Assembly: GCA_029717555.1 (NCBI GenBank)
Contig: JAMDHS010000005.1
Location: forward strand, 248,001 to 312,000
Reading direction: 5' to 3'
DNA length: 64,000 nt
DNA from: Peribolospora baueri
Lineage: Eukaryota
The notes beneath the pieces were generated by a model, which saw only the letters and a list, made by a program, of their open reading frames with translations, ran no database searches and was not told the origin of the DNA. A program made the position numbers and the translations under genes. Shown piece by piece: positions 16,215 to 28,736 of this stretch. How positions within the stretch are numbered: the first letter of the stretch is position 1; the number at the start of each line of letters is the position of its first letter.

Positions 16215-17892
16215 CATCCGACACCAGAATTAGACGACCTGACGCAAGCGGAAACGACGCGGGGCATATACCTTCCGTGCGCTTGTTGGCTACTCCGCAT
16301 CTCGCCCCATTTGTCGCCACGGTTTGCGGCGACGTCCATCGACCCTATTGATTCGTTCTCGTCTTGGCACTCGCTTTCCGGCCTCCTTTTGCGAGCCCCT
16401 CAAACCTACTTCTTTAAAGAAGGCAAGTGAAGGCGTACGGTCATACCGCGCTCCCTTCGCCGTCGTCTCGCTCTCTACATGTCCATGTCATCCGGTCCGC
16501 ATCATTCGCTTTCTGTCTGGATCTCCCTTCTCTTCTTTACGTAGCATTCATCTCCGTCGCATTCGTTCGTTTACCGCTATCGCCTCATTGCCTGCTTGGA
16601 GATGCAGGCGGGCATCCCACATATTTTCTGAAACCCAGGACAACCCATCATTCGTTCATATGTACCATCCATTTACCCACCCTCCTCATCACATGTACCA
16701 CTACTCTTGCTATTTCGCTCTTCAGTCAGCTTATTGCCTACCCGCTTCGAACGACGACGGACCGCCGTGTGGATATTAACACTAAGCCTACGCTGGCGTG
16801 TCGACCAGCATATCTGGCAGAGGAGCGTTCGTTTTCGCCTCATGGTGTGGCTCGAATTCGACCAGCGCCGACGTAGCCTACCGCCAATTGCACGCGTCCA
16901 ACAAAAGCGAGGTGATGTGCAGTTCCACAAAAGGATCCTTTCGGTCTCAGGCCGCCCGACGATGCTGGTCCAAGTCTGAGGCTTGACTGGGCGGGGGAAG
17001 AGGGGGAGAAGGGGGGGTCACGCCGCGTTCCCCACGGCAAATGAGCAAAGCCACGTTTGTGTCGACCTGCTCAGGTACAAATGTTGCCTCCCATGCCTCC
17101 GATGGCACGACCTCGACCGGGGCTTCTTCAAGCCCGAGGGGCCCCTCGCCTCCGTCAAGCTTCCCAGATAAACAACGGTTCCGTAGTGGAGTTCCCCATG
17201 GCACCGTCTAGTTCTGTGTTCCTTGCCAGTTGGCCAGAGAGTTCACTAAGAAAAATGTCACAGAAGAGCCATAATGGCAAACAGCGCCTCAACAGGCAGA
17301 AAGAGCTCATCAACGAGCGGAAATGGAACCTCGACGAGCAGGCACCACGTCTATGGCCTGGAGAGAACAGTGTATGGACTTTGGGCATTTCTTTGGCCCT
17401 CCCTCCCCGAATCTTACAGACATTCGCCGGTCAAGACTTGCGGGAGAGGTGCCCGACTGGAAAGGAGCCGAGCCAAGCCAAACCAAATCAAGCCCTGGGC
17501 CCGTGTGTATGATACATGTGCTTTGCCGAGTGGAGAGAAACAAACGGAGGGATAGAGAGAGGATGGGCATTGGGTGGGGAAAGGAGAGGATGAAAGGAAG
17601 AAAGATTAAGACGAGACAAGCGATCAAAATGCCAAAGAAAATTGAACGGAAAAAGGGGTTCAGTGATGGGAAAATAACAACAACATCAACACACGGCCTC
17701 CACAGCCCGCCGTGACCGGTCATCGCCGTCCTCTCGCTCGCCTCCCCACCCTCTCTTCCGACTGCTCCGTTGTCTCGACAGAAAGTAACACTGCCGCGAC
17801 AGACTCGCCGATCCAACGAAGCGAGCCCAAGCAAAGAAACCGACACGCGCTAGGAAACACGTGCGTCTCGGAAAGAACCGAACGGCACCCAT

Positions 17893-19774
17893 CTATCTCG
17901 CAGAGAGGTAATCGGAAAGTGTCCAGGGAGGGAGGACCTGTGCATGACAACGTGAGTTGGCGAATCGAATCGACATGAGAAAGACCGTCAGTCACCTGCT
18001 TCCCGCGATCGCGATTGCCTAAACAGCGTTCTGAGAGCATGCATCCACGCTCGATCGAACGGATGGATAGCTGACCTCTCCCACCTTCTTTTCCTTTCCG
18101 TTCCCATTCCCACCCCCCTCGGCACCGCTCGCCAACGCCGAGTTGCTAGGTTGAATGATGTCCTCGGCCAGAGAGCGCGCTTGCAGAAGCGGATGCGAAA
18201 GGGATACAGGAACCTTGAGCTCGTTGAGCGTCTGCCATACGAACGAGGTTTGTCGCACGGCGGACTCGATGAGCGGCTGGGAGGGCGACCCCGTGCGGAC
18301 TGTAATGGAACGAAGGGTGGAGATGAGCAAAGTCGTTTGAGATTCATCCAACTCAAATTGGTAGCGCGGTCAAGGGAACGAGGCTGAGCTTACACATGAT
18401 AGCGCTGTTGATCTGTTCTGCGAGAGCAACCCGGCGGGCCTGATCGAGGTAGTGGCGCACGGGGCTCGTCTCCGGATCCCTGTATGCCATGAGAGCACTG
18501 ACGCTCTCGAGCTCCTTGAGATACAGAGCTCGCGCGTGCGGAGGGAGATTCTGCACGTTGGCGAAGAGGCTTTGAGCGTGGTTGAGAGCGTGGGTAAGGG
18601 CGTGGATGCTCGTCGAGGCCGTCGAGTTCGTAGAGCTCGCTGAGCTAGGCGCCGGTGAGGCAGATCGCGAGGCGGAGCTGTGCGCACTTGTCAACGATGC
18701 CACCGGTGGCAGTGTTTGCGACGTGCTGAGCGTGGGCGAACTCGGGTTAGCCGGTGTGGAGGCGCTACGGACTGATTCAATGAATGCCTGGATCTGAAGG
18801 TTGAGAGAGAGGTGGGACGGCTCTAAAGACGTAGGATAGGAGGGCAAGTTCCGTCGCAGCGGCTTGGCTGTCGTACCCCAGCTGATAGACGAGCCACCCA
18901 TCGCTTCGGTAGTACCGGGCGGGTTGAGCACCGTTGGAAAGTGGGCATTGAGGAGATCTACGGCAAACCGGATACGGCCTGACAAGATGTGGTCTCGGAT
19001 TTCTGCGTGGACGGCAAAGAGAGAGCATAGCTTCTTCTGAGCATGCTTCTTCGCATAAATGTAATTAACGGACACGACCGAACCCTTACCCTTTCTCAGT
19101 TTCAGCTTCATCACCTCCTCCGCTGGCAAGCCTCTCTGGATAGCTTGCTTTTCTCTGTGTCCGTTCCCGTTCGAAGCGCCGGCGCCGCTGCCGACTCCGT
19201 TGCCCGCTTGCGCGCCAGTCGTCTTCGATCCCATTGCTGCCTCACCCATCGCCTCGTCCCCGTCCAGATCCATCCCATTGTCCCTATCCTTGGCAGGCGC
19301 TGAGGGTGCGCGAAAGGCGACAGCAGAAGCAGAGCCCAAGGCGAGCGCCTCGACTTCCATTGCCGAGCTCTGACGCCGTAAAGTGCCCGCGCCGCCGTTG
19401 GTGACGGTGCCAGACGTGCGAGAAACTCCGTATCCGGTCGTCGACATGGATGCTCCGCGGTTGTCGGCGCCGTCGATCATGCTGACCGAGAGCATCTCCT
19501 CGTCCCGCTCTCCACCCGCGTCTTCGTCCTCCTCGTCATCGCTGTCGCCAAACCCGGCATCACCCTTCCTACGTTCCCGCCCGTCACCGCCTCTACCATC
19601 GAGTCCGTCGCGCGCGAAAGCCTGTGCAGTGTGGAGGTAGCAGTGGTGGACGAGGTAGTTGAGCACAAGCCTCCGGAGCTGTGGTGGTGAGGCGAGGGAG
19701 GAGTCTTCTGCGCCGGATGCCGGGGCGGCGCCTTCAAGGTTCGAATGACCCGGCCCGCCAACAGACTTGTCCAT
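17893..19774 (-). CDS. LisH-CTLH-CRA domain protein (GID/CTLH E3 complex subunit-like)
   Basis: 4 exons. LisH LRRLVLNYLVHHCYLHTAQAF, CTLH IRDHILSGRIRFAVDLLNAHFP, CRA ALMAYRDPETSPVRHYLDQARRVALAEQINSAI. Last exon VLPPWTLSDYLSAR*. Confidence 0.85.
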
Positions 19775-20288
19775 GTTCGGGCTCGCAGGGGGAAAGCAGT
19801 TGGTGATCCGCGCTCAATGGCCGCCGCGAGGTGTTAAGACTAAATTGTTGTTGTGGGCCAATTAGTGATCGGCAGCTGAGCGCGAAAGCGAGTGGGACTG
19901 GTTGACGTGTCGAGACAGTAGGTGCGTGCTCGTGACAAGAGAGATGATGGAGGTATGTTCGAAACCAATGAAGAGGTCGGCAATGACGAGTCGATGCAAG
20001 GTGGACGTGAGAGCTGAGTGGGCTTAAAGCGAGCCAATGCCCACTCAGGGTCGAGGGGTCGACCTGCTGCGGCGAGCCCCTTGGAGTTTCCACGTCTCGT
20101 GAGCCGAACGTCCGATCCTCACCCAGAGATAACATGGACGACAGATCCTCTCAAGCACATCAATCTGAGCCAGTTCTATCCGGAGCACACAAAACGTTCG
20201 ACGTGCAAAGAAATTGCAGTAGATGCATGTCTTAAGAATAAATTCGGCCGATGAAGCTGGCGCGACTATGCCTCATTGCCTTGCTCCG

Positions 20289-21762
20289 CTATTCCAGCTC
20301 CACCATCCAAGACTTAAGCGCCGACAAGCCCTGGCCACTGGTCGCCTGTCTCTTCTCCTCCTTGGCCGCCCATCCTCTCTCCTTCCCCAATCCAGCGGCC
20401 GCCAACTCCACTCTTCCATCGGCCACTACCTCATCGTCCAGCTTATCGAAAGCAAACGCCGCCTGAAACTCTGACGAGCTGCCGACGGCGGAGAAGCTGA
20501 TGTAGTCGTACTCATCCGCTGCCTCGTCCTCTTCTTCCTCCTCAACAGCCGCCGAGTCGCCGCCGTCGTGTCCCCCCCTAAGCCCGAGGGCGCCCAAGAG
20601 CTGGCCAAATAGATTCGAACTTCCAGGACCCGCACCTCCCTCGGACCTTCCCAGCCGCTCCATCCCAGCACCTCTGCGGCCGACGCCCATCCCTGATCTC
20701 GCCCTACCAAGCTCGCGCTCCAACGTAGCTTTTGCGCGAGCCAATAGCGCTTCAGAGGAGCGTGAAGCCGAGGAGGTCGCATCGGATTTTGTGACGAGCA
20801 CTAGCACCCGAGGAGGAGGTCGGATGGAGGCTGAAGTACGCGCTCTCGAGAGGAGTCGAAGGCGCTGACGTGAGATGGATGACAGCACGTAGTGAAGATG
20901 CCTGGACGTGGCAAAGGAGGTAAGCGAGTAGGGAATCAGTCGTCAAAGCCTAAGAATAGACGCACGGCAACAAAGATCCAAAAGCCATCTATGGCAGCAT
21001 AAACGCACTCAACAACTTCACTGGCGCTCGCTTGGCTGCCAGAAGAATCTCCGCTCCGACTGAGGCTGCTCGCCTCCACGCAGAACACGACGCCGTCGGC
21101 CGTGGGTAAGAAGTCAAGGGCACGGCTGCGCAGACGTGCGTGGCCAGGGATATCGACGAGGTGGAACTGCAGAACAAAAAAGTATAATGAGCAAAGACAT
21201 GGAAGGCAAGCGTTCAGTTATGCCGATCAGTCTGCCGACGCAGAGAGTGGAAAACTTTAGAATCACGACAGCGAGTCCCACCTTCCGCGAACTAGCCTTT
21301 TCCCCGAAATCCGCGTCCTCGGAAGAGCCTAGGAGCAGATAGCCGTCGTTTTCGCGTTGAGAGGTGTGCGTCTGGGGGACCGTCCCGTACATGAGCTGCA
21401 GAGGGAGAGCCACAAGGAAACAATGGACGAATCAGTCCGGTTGGCTTCGCCCAGAATGTCCAGCGAGCACTTCTAGCCGACTGAGAGGAGAGGAGAGCGT
21501 CGTTCACCTTCGACCATATTGCCGTCTTCCCTGACTCCGGAGGCCCCACGAGTACCACCGTCGTCTCCTCTCCTCTTTCTCCCAACCGCCGCGCAGTGCC
21601 GGAGCGATCGGTGAAGCGAGAGGCAACCAGGACGAGCAACAGCGCGATCAGCGCGCAGACGGTAAGGAGCGCGGCATCGGAGAGCCCCGCCAGGGTTTCC
21701 GGAATGTAAGCGCGGACAGGTAACAGGATGTCGCCCGTGAGCAAGGTTGAGCTGGAAGCCAT
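20289..21762 (-). CDS. SRP102: Signal recognition particle receptor beta subunit (Arf-like GTPase)
   Basis: 4 exons. N-terminal TM helix (LLTVCALIALLLVLVA), P-loop GPPESGKT, G3 VDIPGHARLR, G4 variant TKSD, and ARAKATLERELGRAR. Confidence 0.88.
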
Positions 21763-22091
21763 GCTGCTATGCGCCGTTGTTCCTGGTTGAGCCGGGACGG
21801 TGTGCTGATTTCGCGGAAGCGCAGGGGAAGACAGCCAGCATTGCGGGCACCCGCAGCAAGCTTGCACGTGACCATTTCTTTCATGACGTAATAAAAGAAG
21901 CGCATGGGCCAACTCCGAATGTAAGCACGGCATCCGAAATCATCGACGACGACGACGACAACCATCCAGAAAGGTGACAAGCGCTGTGTGTCTAACGTCC
22001 AACGAGAATTCTCCTGCTCTTACAACGGGGCTGGCATTAAACTCCCCTCGACCTTTCCTCAGGACAAGACTGATCGGCGGTCAAGCTCAAC
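21763..22091. promoter_or_regulatory. Probable bidirectional promoter SR-beta/membrane protein
   Basis: Divergent ATGs are 329 nt apart. CACGTGAC (~21865) and ATGACGT (~21883) are bHLH- and bZIP-type sites. Confidence 0.45.
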
Positions 22092-23714
22092 ATGCGTCTG
22101 ACCGATCTGTTCGACCTCAATCTGGCCATCCTGGTGTCCTACTTCGGCCTGATAGGATGGTGCCTCTACCTCTGCCTCATCTCTGCCCTCTCCCCGCCAC
22201 CCATTACGGTGCTCACCTCTCCACGGACGTCAGCCTCCCAACGCGGAGTCATGGTCTTCACAGTTATCTCCATTCTCTCCCTCCTCACGACCTGGACCCA
22301 CATGCTCCGCTACTTGGCGTGGAGCTTTCACAATTGGGAACAGAACGCACGACTTCAGGGGCTTTTCCCTCCCCGCTTGGATGTAAGCATGGATGGGTGG
22401 GGTACATTATTTGAGAGAGTCAGGGATTGGCTTAGGGGCACGAGTCTCTTCACGGAGGCTTGGTTGGAGGTGGTGTCAGGCGAGCCGAACTGGTGGTGGA
22501 GCGCGCACGTGTGTGCACTCACATGTGGACTTTGGACCGTTCAGCTCTACGTGGAGTGTAAGTTGACTCTTACAACCGAGCGTCCAGGAGCCTTGTTGAC
22601 GGTATCTCATTAACCCCCCGCCCCCTTCATTCTTGGACCTCTCGCAGCTCGCCGGTTGGCCATCCGGCGTCCGTGGGCTTTCATGGCCCTCGGTCAGATC
22701 GTCGCAGTATCTTTTGCCCAGAGCCTATTCCACCTTGCAATGTTCCTCCGCGACACCACCGTTTCCCTGTCCGATCCTCTTGCCCGAGCTCAACTCTCGC
22801 ACTCGCCGACAGAAGTAGCCGTGCCTTCGGCCAAGAGCACCTCTTCGCCCTCCAAGACAAAGACGAGGAAAGCGGCAGCGGCGGGAACGGTCACGCCCCC
22901 ACCTTCCTCCTCTTCGGTAGATTCTGTCTCCGCCCATATGAGTCCTCCGGCAGCTTCGACCGTGTCGACAGTGACTGTTTCGGACACGATCGCCGTCATT
23001 GAGGCGGATCCGGACGGCTCGAAGATGCCCTGGATCCTCACCGTGTCCGTCGCGGCGGGACTGGGTATGGTGGCACTGGGACCGGACAGCCTGGCCAAGG
23101 TACTGGTGATGCATGTCTTCCCCATTTTGCCCCTTATCCCTTCCCTCCATCACCACCCGGTGTCGCCCACGACCGCCAGCATGTCCAGGCTCATGACGCA
23201 CGTGCTCTCCGCGCAACCCTCGATGCTCTACCTCGTCTCCGCCGTCGCCTCTCTCTTGCTGCACGCTCGGAACACGTACTCGCTTGTCCGCTCTCTCCCG
23301 GAGACGCCCATGCCGACGCTCGCCTTTGTCTACGCCCTCTGGCACGCCCTCCGCCGCCACCCGGCCCAATCGTCGATCGGATGGGACTCGATTTGCTGCG
23401 CCCTCTCCACGTCCGCGTTTATCGTGCTTGACCGCGCGACGCAGCGCGAAGCTAACAGAGCACCGGTGAGGAAGTGGATCGCGGCCACTCTTGCGCTCGC
23501 GACGCCCTTTCTCGGTCCCGCGGCGACGGGGTCCTTCTACATGGCGGTTAGGGAGCGGGCGTTGGAGGTGTTCGCGGAGGAAGCAGAAGCGAAGAGGGTT
23601 TCTGGGACAGGCGGAAAGGGGCCCACGGAGGGAAGGACTCCGGCGAAGAGCAGGTTTGTGATTCACGAGAAGAGGACGGTGGTCGAGTCCATGTCTCCAG
23701 CCAAGGCGGACTGA
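22092..23714 (+). CDS. Uncharacterised multi-pass membrane protein
   Basis: 2 exons (intron 22558-22647). Many hydrophobic helices. Motifs WLRGTSLFTEAW, NWWWS, WAFMALGQIVAVSFA and HPAQSSIGWD. Confidence 0.8.
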
Positions 23715-25082
23715 CAAAGGCGTCGGCAAGACGCGAATCGGCATTCGTAAGGACCAGCTTGGCTTTGCTTGGCTAGGGTGGCTGTGCGTCGTCGGACGTC
23801 CTTCGTCCGTTGCGTGGGCAACGCCGGGGGAGTCAAGAGAGTTCAGGCCGAGCAGGGCGTCAGCCCTTGCCGAGACGAGCTGGAACGATGGCCGTCCAGT
23901 TCGTCTTTCCCGGCCAGCCATTCCCTTTCTGCTTGTTCTTGTTTATTGCCCCCATCCATCTTCACCACTTCACCCTCCTTCCCCTCCCGCTGTCGTAACG
24001 GCTTAGGTCGCTCAAGGTCAGAGATGACTCTCATCGTTCACTCGCGCTTTTACCGTCTCGCTTTATTTTTGTGTATTTCATCCCGTCTAGTTCGTTTGTA
24101 CGTCCCTTCGACCCCTCCGTCCTGCGTTCGTGCTATCCTTCCGCCCTCCTCGATCTCCCGATCGTCCTCGGTCGGGGTCGTGTTCGCGTATGTCTGCCCT
24201 TGCCAAGGCTTGCTTGTGTCGATCCGTGCCTAGCCTTCCTTCCTAGCGCTGCCCATTGCTTGTACATACGAACGACCCGAAGGGAATTGTCTGAAGGCGA
24301 AGAAAAGTGACCTTCGAGTGGGCGCACCGACTCGAATTCGCGTCGCCGGCTCATGGTCCGGAGAGCCGGCGGAAGATCGCACGTGTCGACTGCGGTGGAA
24401 TCAGAGCGTAAGGGGGAAGCGAGCGGGGTAAGACAAGCGAAGATTTGCACTAGTGTTTTCTCGCAACCGTCCTCTTGGCTGCTTGCTGGCGTTGTCACTG
24501 GACTCGCAAAGCTACATATGCGCTCGGGTTTATACACTACAGACGCCATCGCCAGAACGACGTTGTTGGCCGGGGCACGTCGGGGATCGGCACGTGGCGG
24601 GACAGAGGCGGGAGGAGACCTGGGCAAGTGCTACGCCCGTTAGCGTCGCAACCTGTCGGATGGGGTTTTTTTCGTTCACTGGGGAGCGTCTTCGCTCTGC
24701 GGTCGTCCTCGTCCCTTCAGCAATCTATGTACCCTGCGCTGTGGCTGGCTCGCACTCACACGCCCTGTTGCTGCTTCCCCGCACGGCGCACTCCACACAC
24801 GCGCACTGGTGATCGCGGCATTCTCGGCTCGTTCGGCTTCCTTTTCGCCCTCAGTCTGGGAGCAGACAGATGATGGATGGACGGATGGATAGATGGTTGG
24901 ATGGTGGGGGGAGAGAGGAGGACGGAGAAGAGAAAGAGGCTGGGCGAGCTCCGGCGAGCGCCCTCCGGCGTGAGCAGCTTGGCAAGACGGGTAGCAAGGA
25001 ACTCATATACTGTAGCCCGCATCGGCTCATCACGCACCTCTTCCCCTCCATCTCCTTCCCACAGCGGACGAGCACCCAAAGG

Positions 25083-28000
25083 ATGGTGCGCTCCCTTCCC
25101 CTCCTCTCGGCCGTCGGCGGTGCCCTCGTCCTCCCTCTCCTCCTCGGCGTCCCCACGCCTGCCTCCGCCTCGCCCGTCAAGCTCGACCTCGGCAGCTCCT
25201 TCAGGTCCTTCGTCGACCGCACCGTCTCCTTGTCCTCCAAGAGGGCCGGCACTTCCTCCAGCGTCAGTAACGGTGGCAGCGGTGAGGGAGGTGCTGGAGC
25301 TATCCAGGATGGCGACTTTGTCAAGGTGAACGGGCTCAAGTTGAAGGACAGCAAAGGACAGGATGTGTACATCACTGGCATGAACTAGTGAGCCTCTTTC
25401 CGCCGCCGTCCATCGCCTTGTTTCCCTACCTTGTCGCTGGCAATCGAGAAGCGAAAGCAAGACCCGCAACGGACGCCTTCACAAGTCCTTCTTTATTCCT
25501 TTCTTTTCAGCTGGGCCTGCATGAACCTAGCGGCGGACGACAGCGCGGGCGGCAACCAGACGCGGTTCTTGGCTGAGATGGACCAGATGGCTGTGAAAGG
25601 CATCAACCACCTCCGCATCATGGCCTCCTCGGAGGGCGCGCCCACTACCCAGCCCAACAGGATGTACCCCGCTCTCATGCCTTCGCCTTATCATTGGAAC
25701 GAGGTGAGCCGGAGTGCGTGACAAAGAGGAAGAGGAGGCTCGCATCCAACGAGGAGTGGGACGCAGCAACGACGACGCTCCCTCTCCGCTCGCCCTCCTT
25801 CCAGCGCTGAAGAGTCGGGGACGCGCCTTTCGTTCTCCACCTAGGAAATTTTCGTCGGCCTCGACCGTTGCATCGCAGAGATGGGCAAGCGCGGTATGCG
25901 GTGAGCGAGCGTGCGCCGTTTCTCTATGCTTCCATCCAGGACATGCTCCCGGGGCCTCTGCACGTTTCGGAATCTCACGGCTTCCGTCCTTTTCATCTTT
26001 CCTCATTCTTTTTCCTCCTTTCTTCCCACCTCCAGGGCGACGATGACCCTCGCCAACACCTGGAACTGGTGAGCCGACGTCCTTCCCGAAGCCAGTCTTC
26101 TGAACGCACTCGATGCTCGAGCGTAGCGTTTCCCTGACATCTCCACCGACCATCTCTTCATCGCGACAGGTCCGGAGGTATGGGCCAGTATGTCAGCTGG
26201 GTCAAGAACAACGAGACCATCCCATACCCTCCCAGCTGGGACCCGTACGCCGATCCTCAGCCTTGGGGTAACTACACCACCAACGTAAGCGCGAGTCCGG
26301 TCCCTTCTTCGCAACCCCTTTCTTCTTCTTTTCGCTCCTTGCTCCTTTCTCCTCGACAGCCCATCTGTATTCGGGTCAGCCGAGCGCGAAACGGAAGGTT
26401 GACCGTCTGCCTCTCTTCTCGACCCGACTCTGCATATGTATGCTCTCCTCCCCTCGTCTGCTTTCTTCCTCGCGTCACAGGGCTCCTGGAACGGGTACAC
26501 GGACTACGCCAACCAGTTCTACAACACCAGCGAGACGCAGGACATTTTCCGCGCCCATATCGCCAATGTCGTCAATCGCAAGAACACCGTCACCGGCAAG
26601 ACGTACAAGGACGACCCTGCGGTGAGTCGCGCCCTTCTCTTTGCTCGAGCAGAGGGCAGCGCTGATAGGTGGGCTTGATGTTGTCTCGTTTGTCTATCCG
26701 TTCGGCCTTCCACTTACCTTCTTGACACAGATGTAAGTGTCCACCCGTCATCTGTCTTCTCCGAATGCCTGCTGTGCTCATCCGTCTCCGTCGTCTCTTC
26801 GCTCCCCACAGCATGACGTGGGAGCTCGCAAACGAGCCCCAACCGGCTGTGCAATACAACACCTCGACGCTCCAGCTCCTCCCCAACCCGAATGATCCCC
26901 TCCTGACCTGGATCAATTCCACCTCGGCTTACATCCACAGCATCGCGCCCAACCAGCTCGTCACGACTGGCGCCGAGGGTGAGTCGATCCGGGTCACCAC
27001 GCTATACCTCAGCTGGGCCCAACACGGATTGTGTCAATCTGCCCCTTATGTGGCCACCCGTACGATAAATACATATTCACGCTGATGACCTCTCTTACTC
27101 GCCTCCTCCGCTTCTCAGGCAAGCAGGGAGAATGGTACTGGAAAGCGATGCACAAGTTCTCTACCATCGACTACGGATGCGCCCACAGTGAGTTGGGCCG
27201 AACCGAGCTCATCGTCCCGGTCATGGTGCTCCGAATACGACGGATGGCGGGAGAAGGACAGTTCTGATTTTTTCACGAATTCTTTTCTCTTTTTGTCCAT
27301 TTCCTCTAGTGTGGGTGCAGAATTGGTGAGTTAGCTGGCCTGACACCGTGCCGTTCTTGCTGGACACCATCGCTCTGGCCCGTCCGTTCGAAAGCTTCTC
27401 GAGCTCAACTTCCATCGGCGCGTATTCGCCTTCGACCCTTGTCTTCTCCACGCCCCTTTAGGGGCATCTATAACATGCTCGACAGCTCCAAGGGGAATCT
27501 TCAGAACGCTAAGGACTTTGCCACCGTCTTCCTCTACAAGTGCGTTTGTCTCCCGTCGTTTGATTTCGCATCTCCTGTCAGCGTGGACGTGGTCGAGAGC
27601 GCTCATTCGTGCTTCTTTTTGTATGACGTCGCCCTCACAGTACGAGCCAGTGGGCCATCGACCTGAACAAACCAGTGCTTCTTGAGGAGTTCGGTGAGCC
27701 GTGACGTCGCTGGTCGGGCAAAAGGCGCCTGAGATCGAGGCGACTGAACTGGCACCGCACCGTCTTTGCGCGTTCCCTCCAACGCAGGCATGGCTCGAGA
27801 CAACTGGGAAAACAACGCGCTGGCCCTGCAGGACCACAACAAGACGTACATCTACGCTTCGAACGCGACGACGATGCACAAGGACTCGTACTTCACCTTT
27901 GCCTTCGCCAACGTCCTCCACTACTTCTACTCCGGAAAGGGGTACATTGGCTCCATGCCCTGGGCTTATGGCGGCATTTGGCGCCCCGAAGCGCTGTACC

Positions 28001-28568
28001 GAAACGAGTACAACGAGGCATGGGCTGGCGACCCGCCTCACGAGGCCCCTGGCTGGTAGTGCGTACGGTGGCCGCTGTCACACCCCACCGTGGTGCCTCG
28101 CTGAGAGACTTTCTTTCCCCGCCTCCTTTCGATGTTTTTTTCCCGTCTCGCCCTTTCCCTGATCTACACGAACGCAGCGACGTCTATGACACCGACTACG
28201 CCCTCGACCTCATTCTGTGGCAATCCCAGAACGCTAGCTACTTCATCAAGAAGTGCGTTAAATCTCTTCTTTCCCCTTCCACATTGGCACATGCACTCTC
28301 GCCGCTCACTGCGTCCTCTCTTCTTCGTTCGCGTTCACTCTGCCACAGCGGCAAGCCCCCCGCGACGGCGTACGGCGGCGCAGACGGCTACAACGCCACC
28401 GCCGCGAACGCTACGCTGGCGAACCCGGGTTCGGCGAGCAACCCTCCCACTATGGCGGCGTCGAGCGATTCGTCCGCAGCGAAGCACAACGGAGCGTTCT
28501 CTCTCGTGCCCGGAGCGGCGATGGGCGCGCTGGTCACCATCGCCGCCCTCTTCTTCGCCCTCGTCTGA
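25083..28568 (+). CDS. Secreted, probably GPI-anchored GH5 (subfamily 7-like) endo-beta-1,4-mannanase/mannosidase
   Basis: 15 exons: 25083-25387, 25511-25703, 25845-25900, 26036-26068, 26170-26284, 26481-26621, 26731-26732, 26812-26978, 27119-27187, 27310-27325, 27462-27539, 27641-27693, 27788-28058, 28178-28252, 28349-28568. Signal peptide, GMNYW, WNWSGGMGQY, acid/base IMTWELANEP, HMWVQNW, nucleophile KPVLLEEFG, GDPPHEAPGWY and a hydrophobic C-tail. Confidence 0.93.
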
Positions 28569-28712
28569 GCGAGGCCCATCCTTTCGTTTATTCGGCCGTG
28601 ATCTGTTTTTTCGGAGTTTCCCTTCCCGATCGGAACGAACGGACGCAAGCGGTCCTGTGTACATATGTGACGTGTACGTACGAACATACGGACGCGTGGA
28701 CGTGGACATGAC

Positions 28713-28736
28713 ATGAAATGAAATGAAATGAAATGA
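28713..28736. repeat. (ATGAA)n microsatellite
   Basis: About 5 tandem units in the 3' region of the GH5 gene. Confidence 0.85.

Noticed and set aside
22725..23921. 398-aa minus-strand ORF (and similar 384-aa at 31152-32306 and 284-aa at 60419-61273)
   Set aside because: Arg/Gly-rich shadow frames opposite called genes, expected at this GC content.
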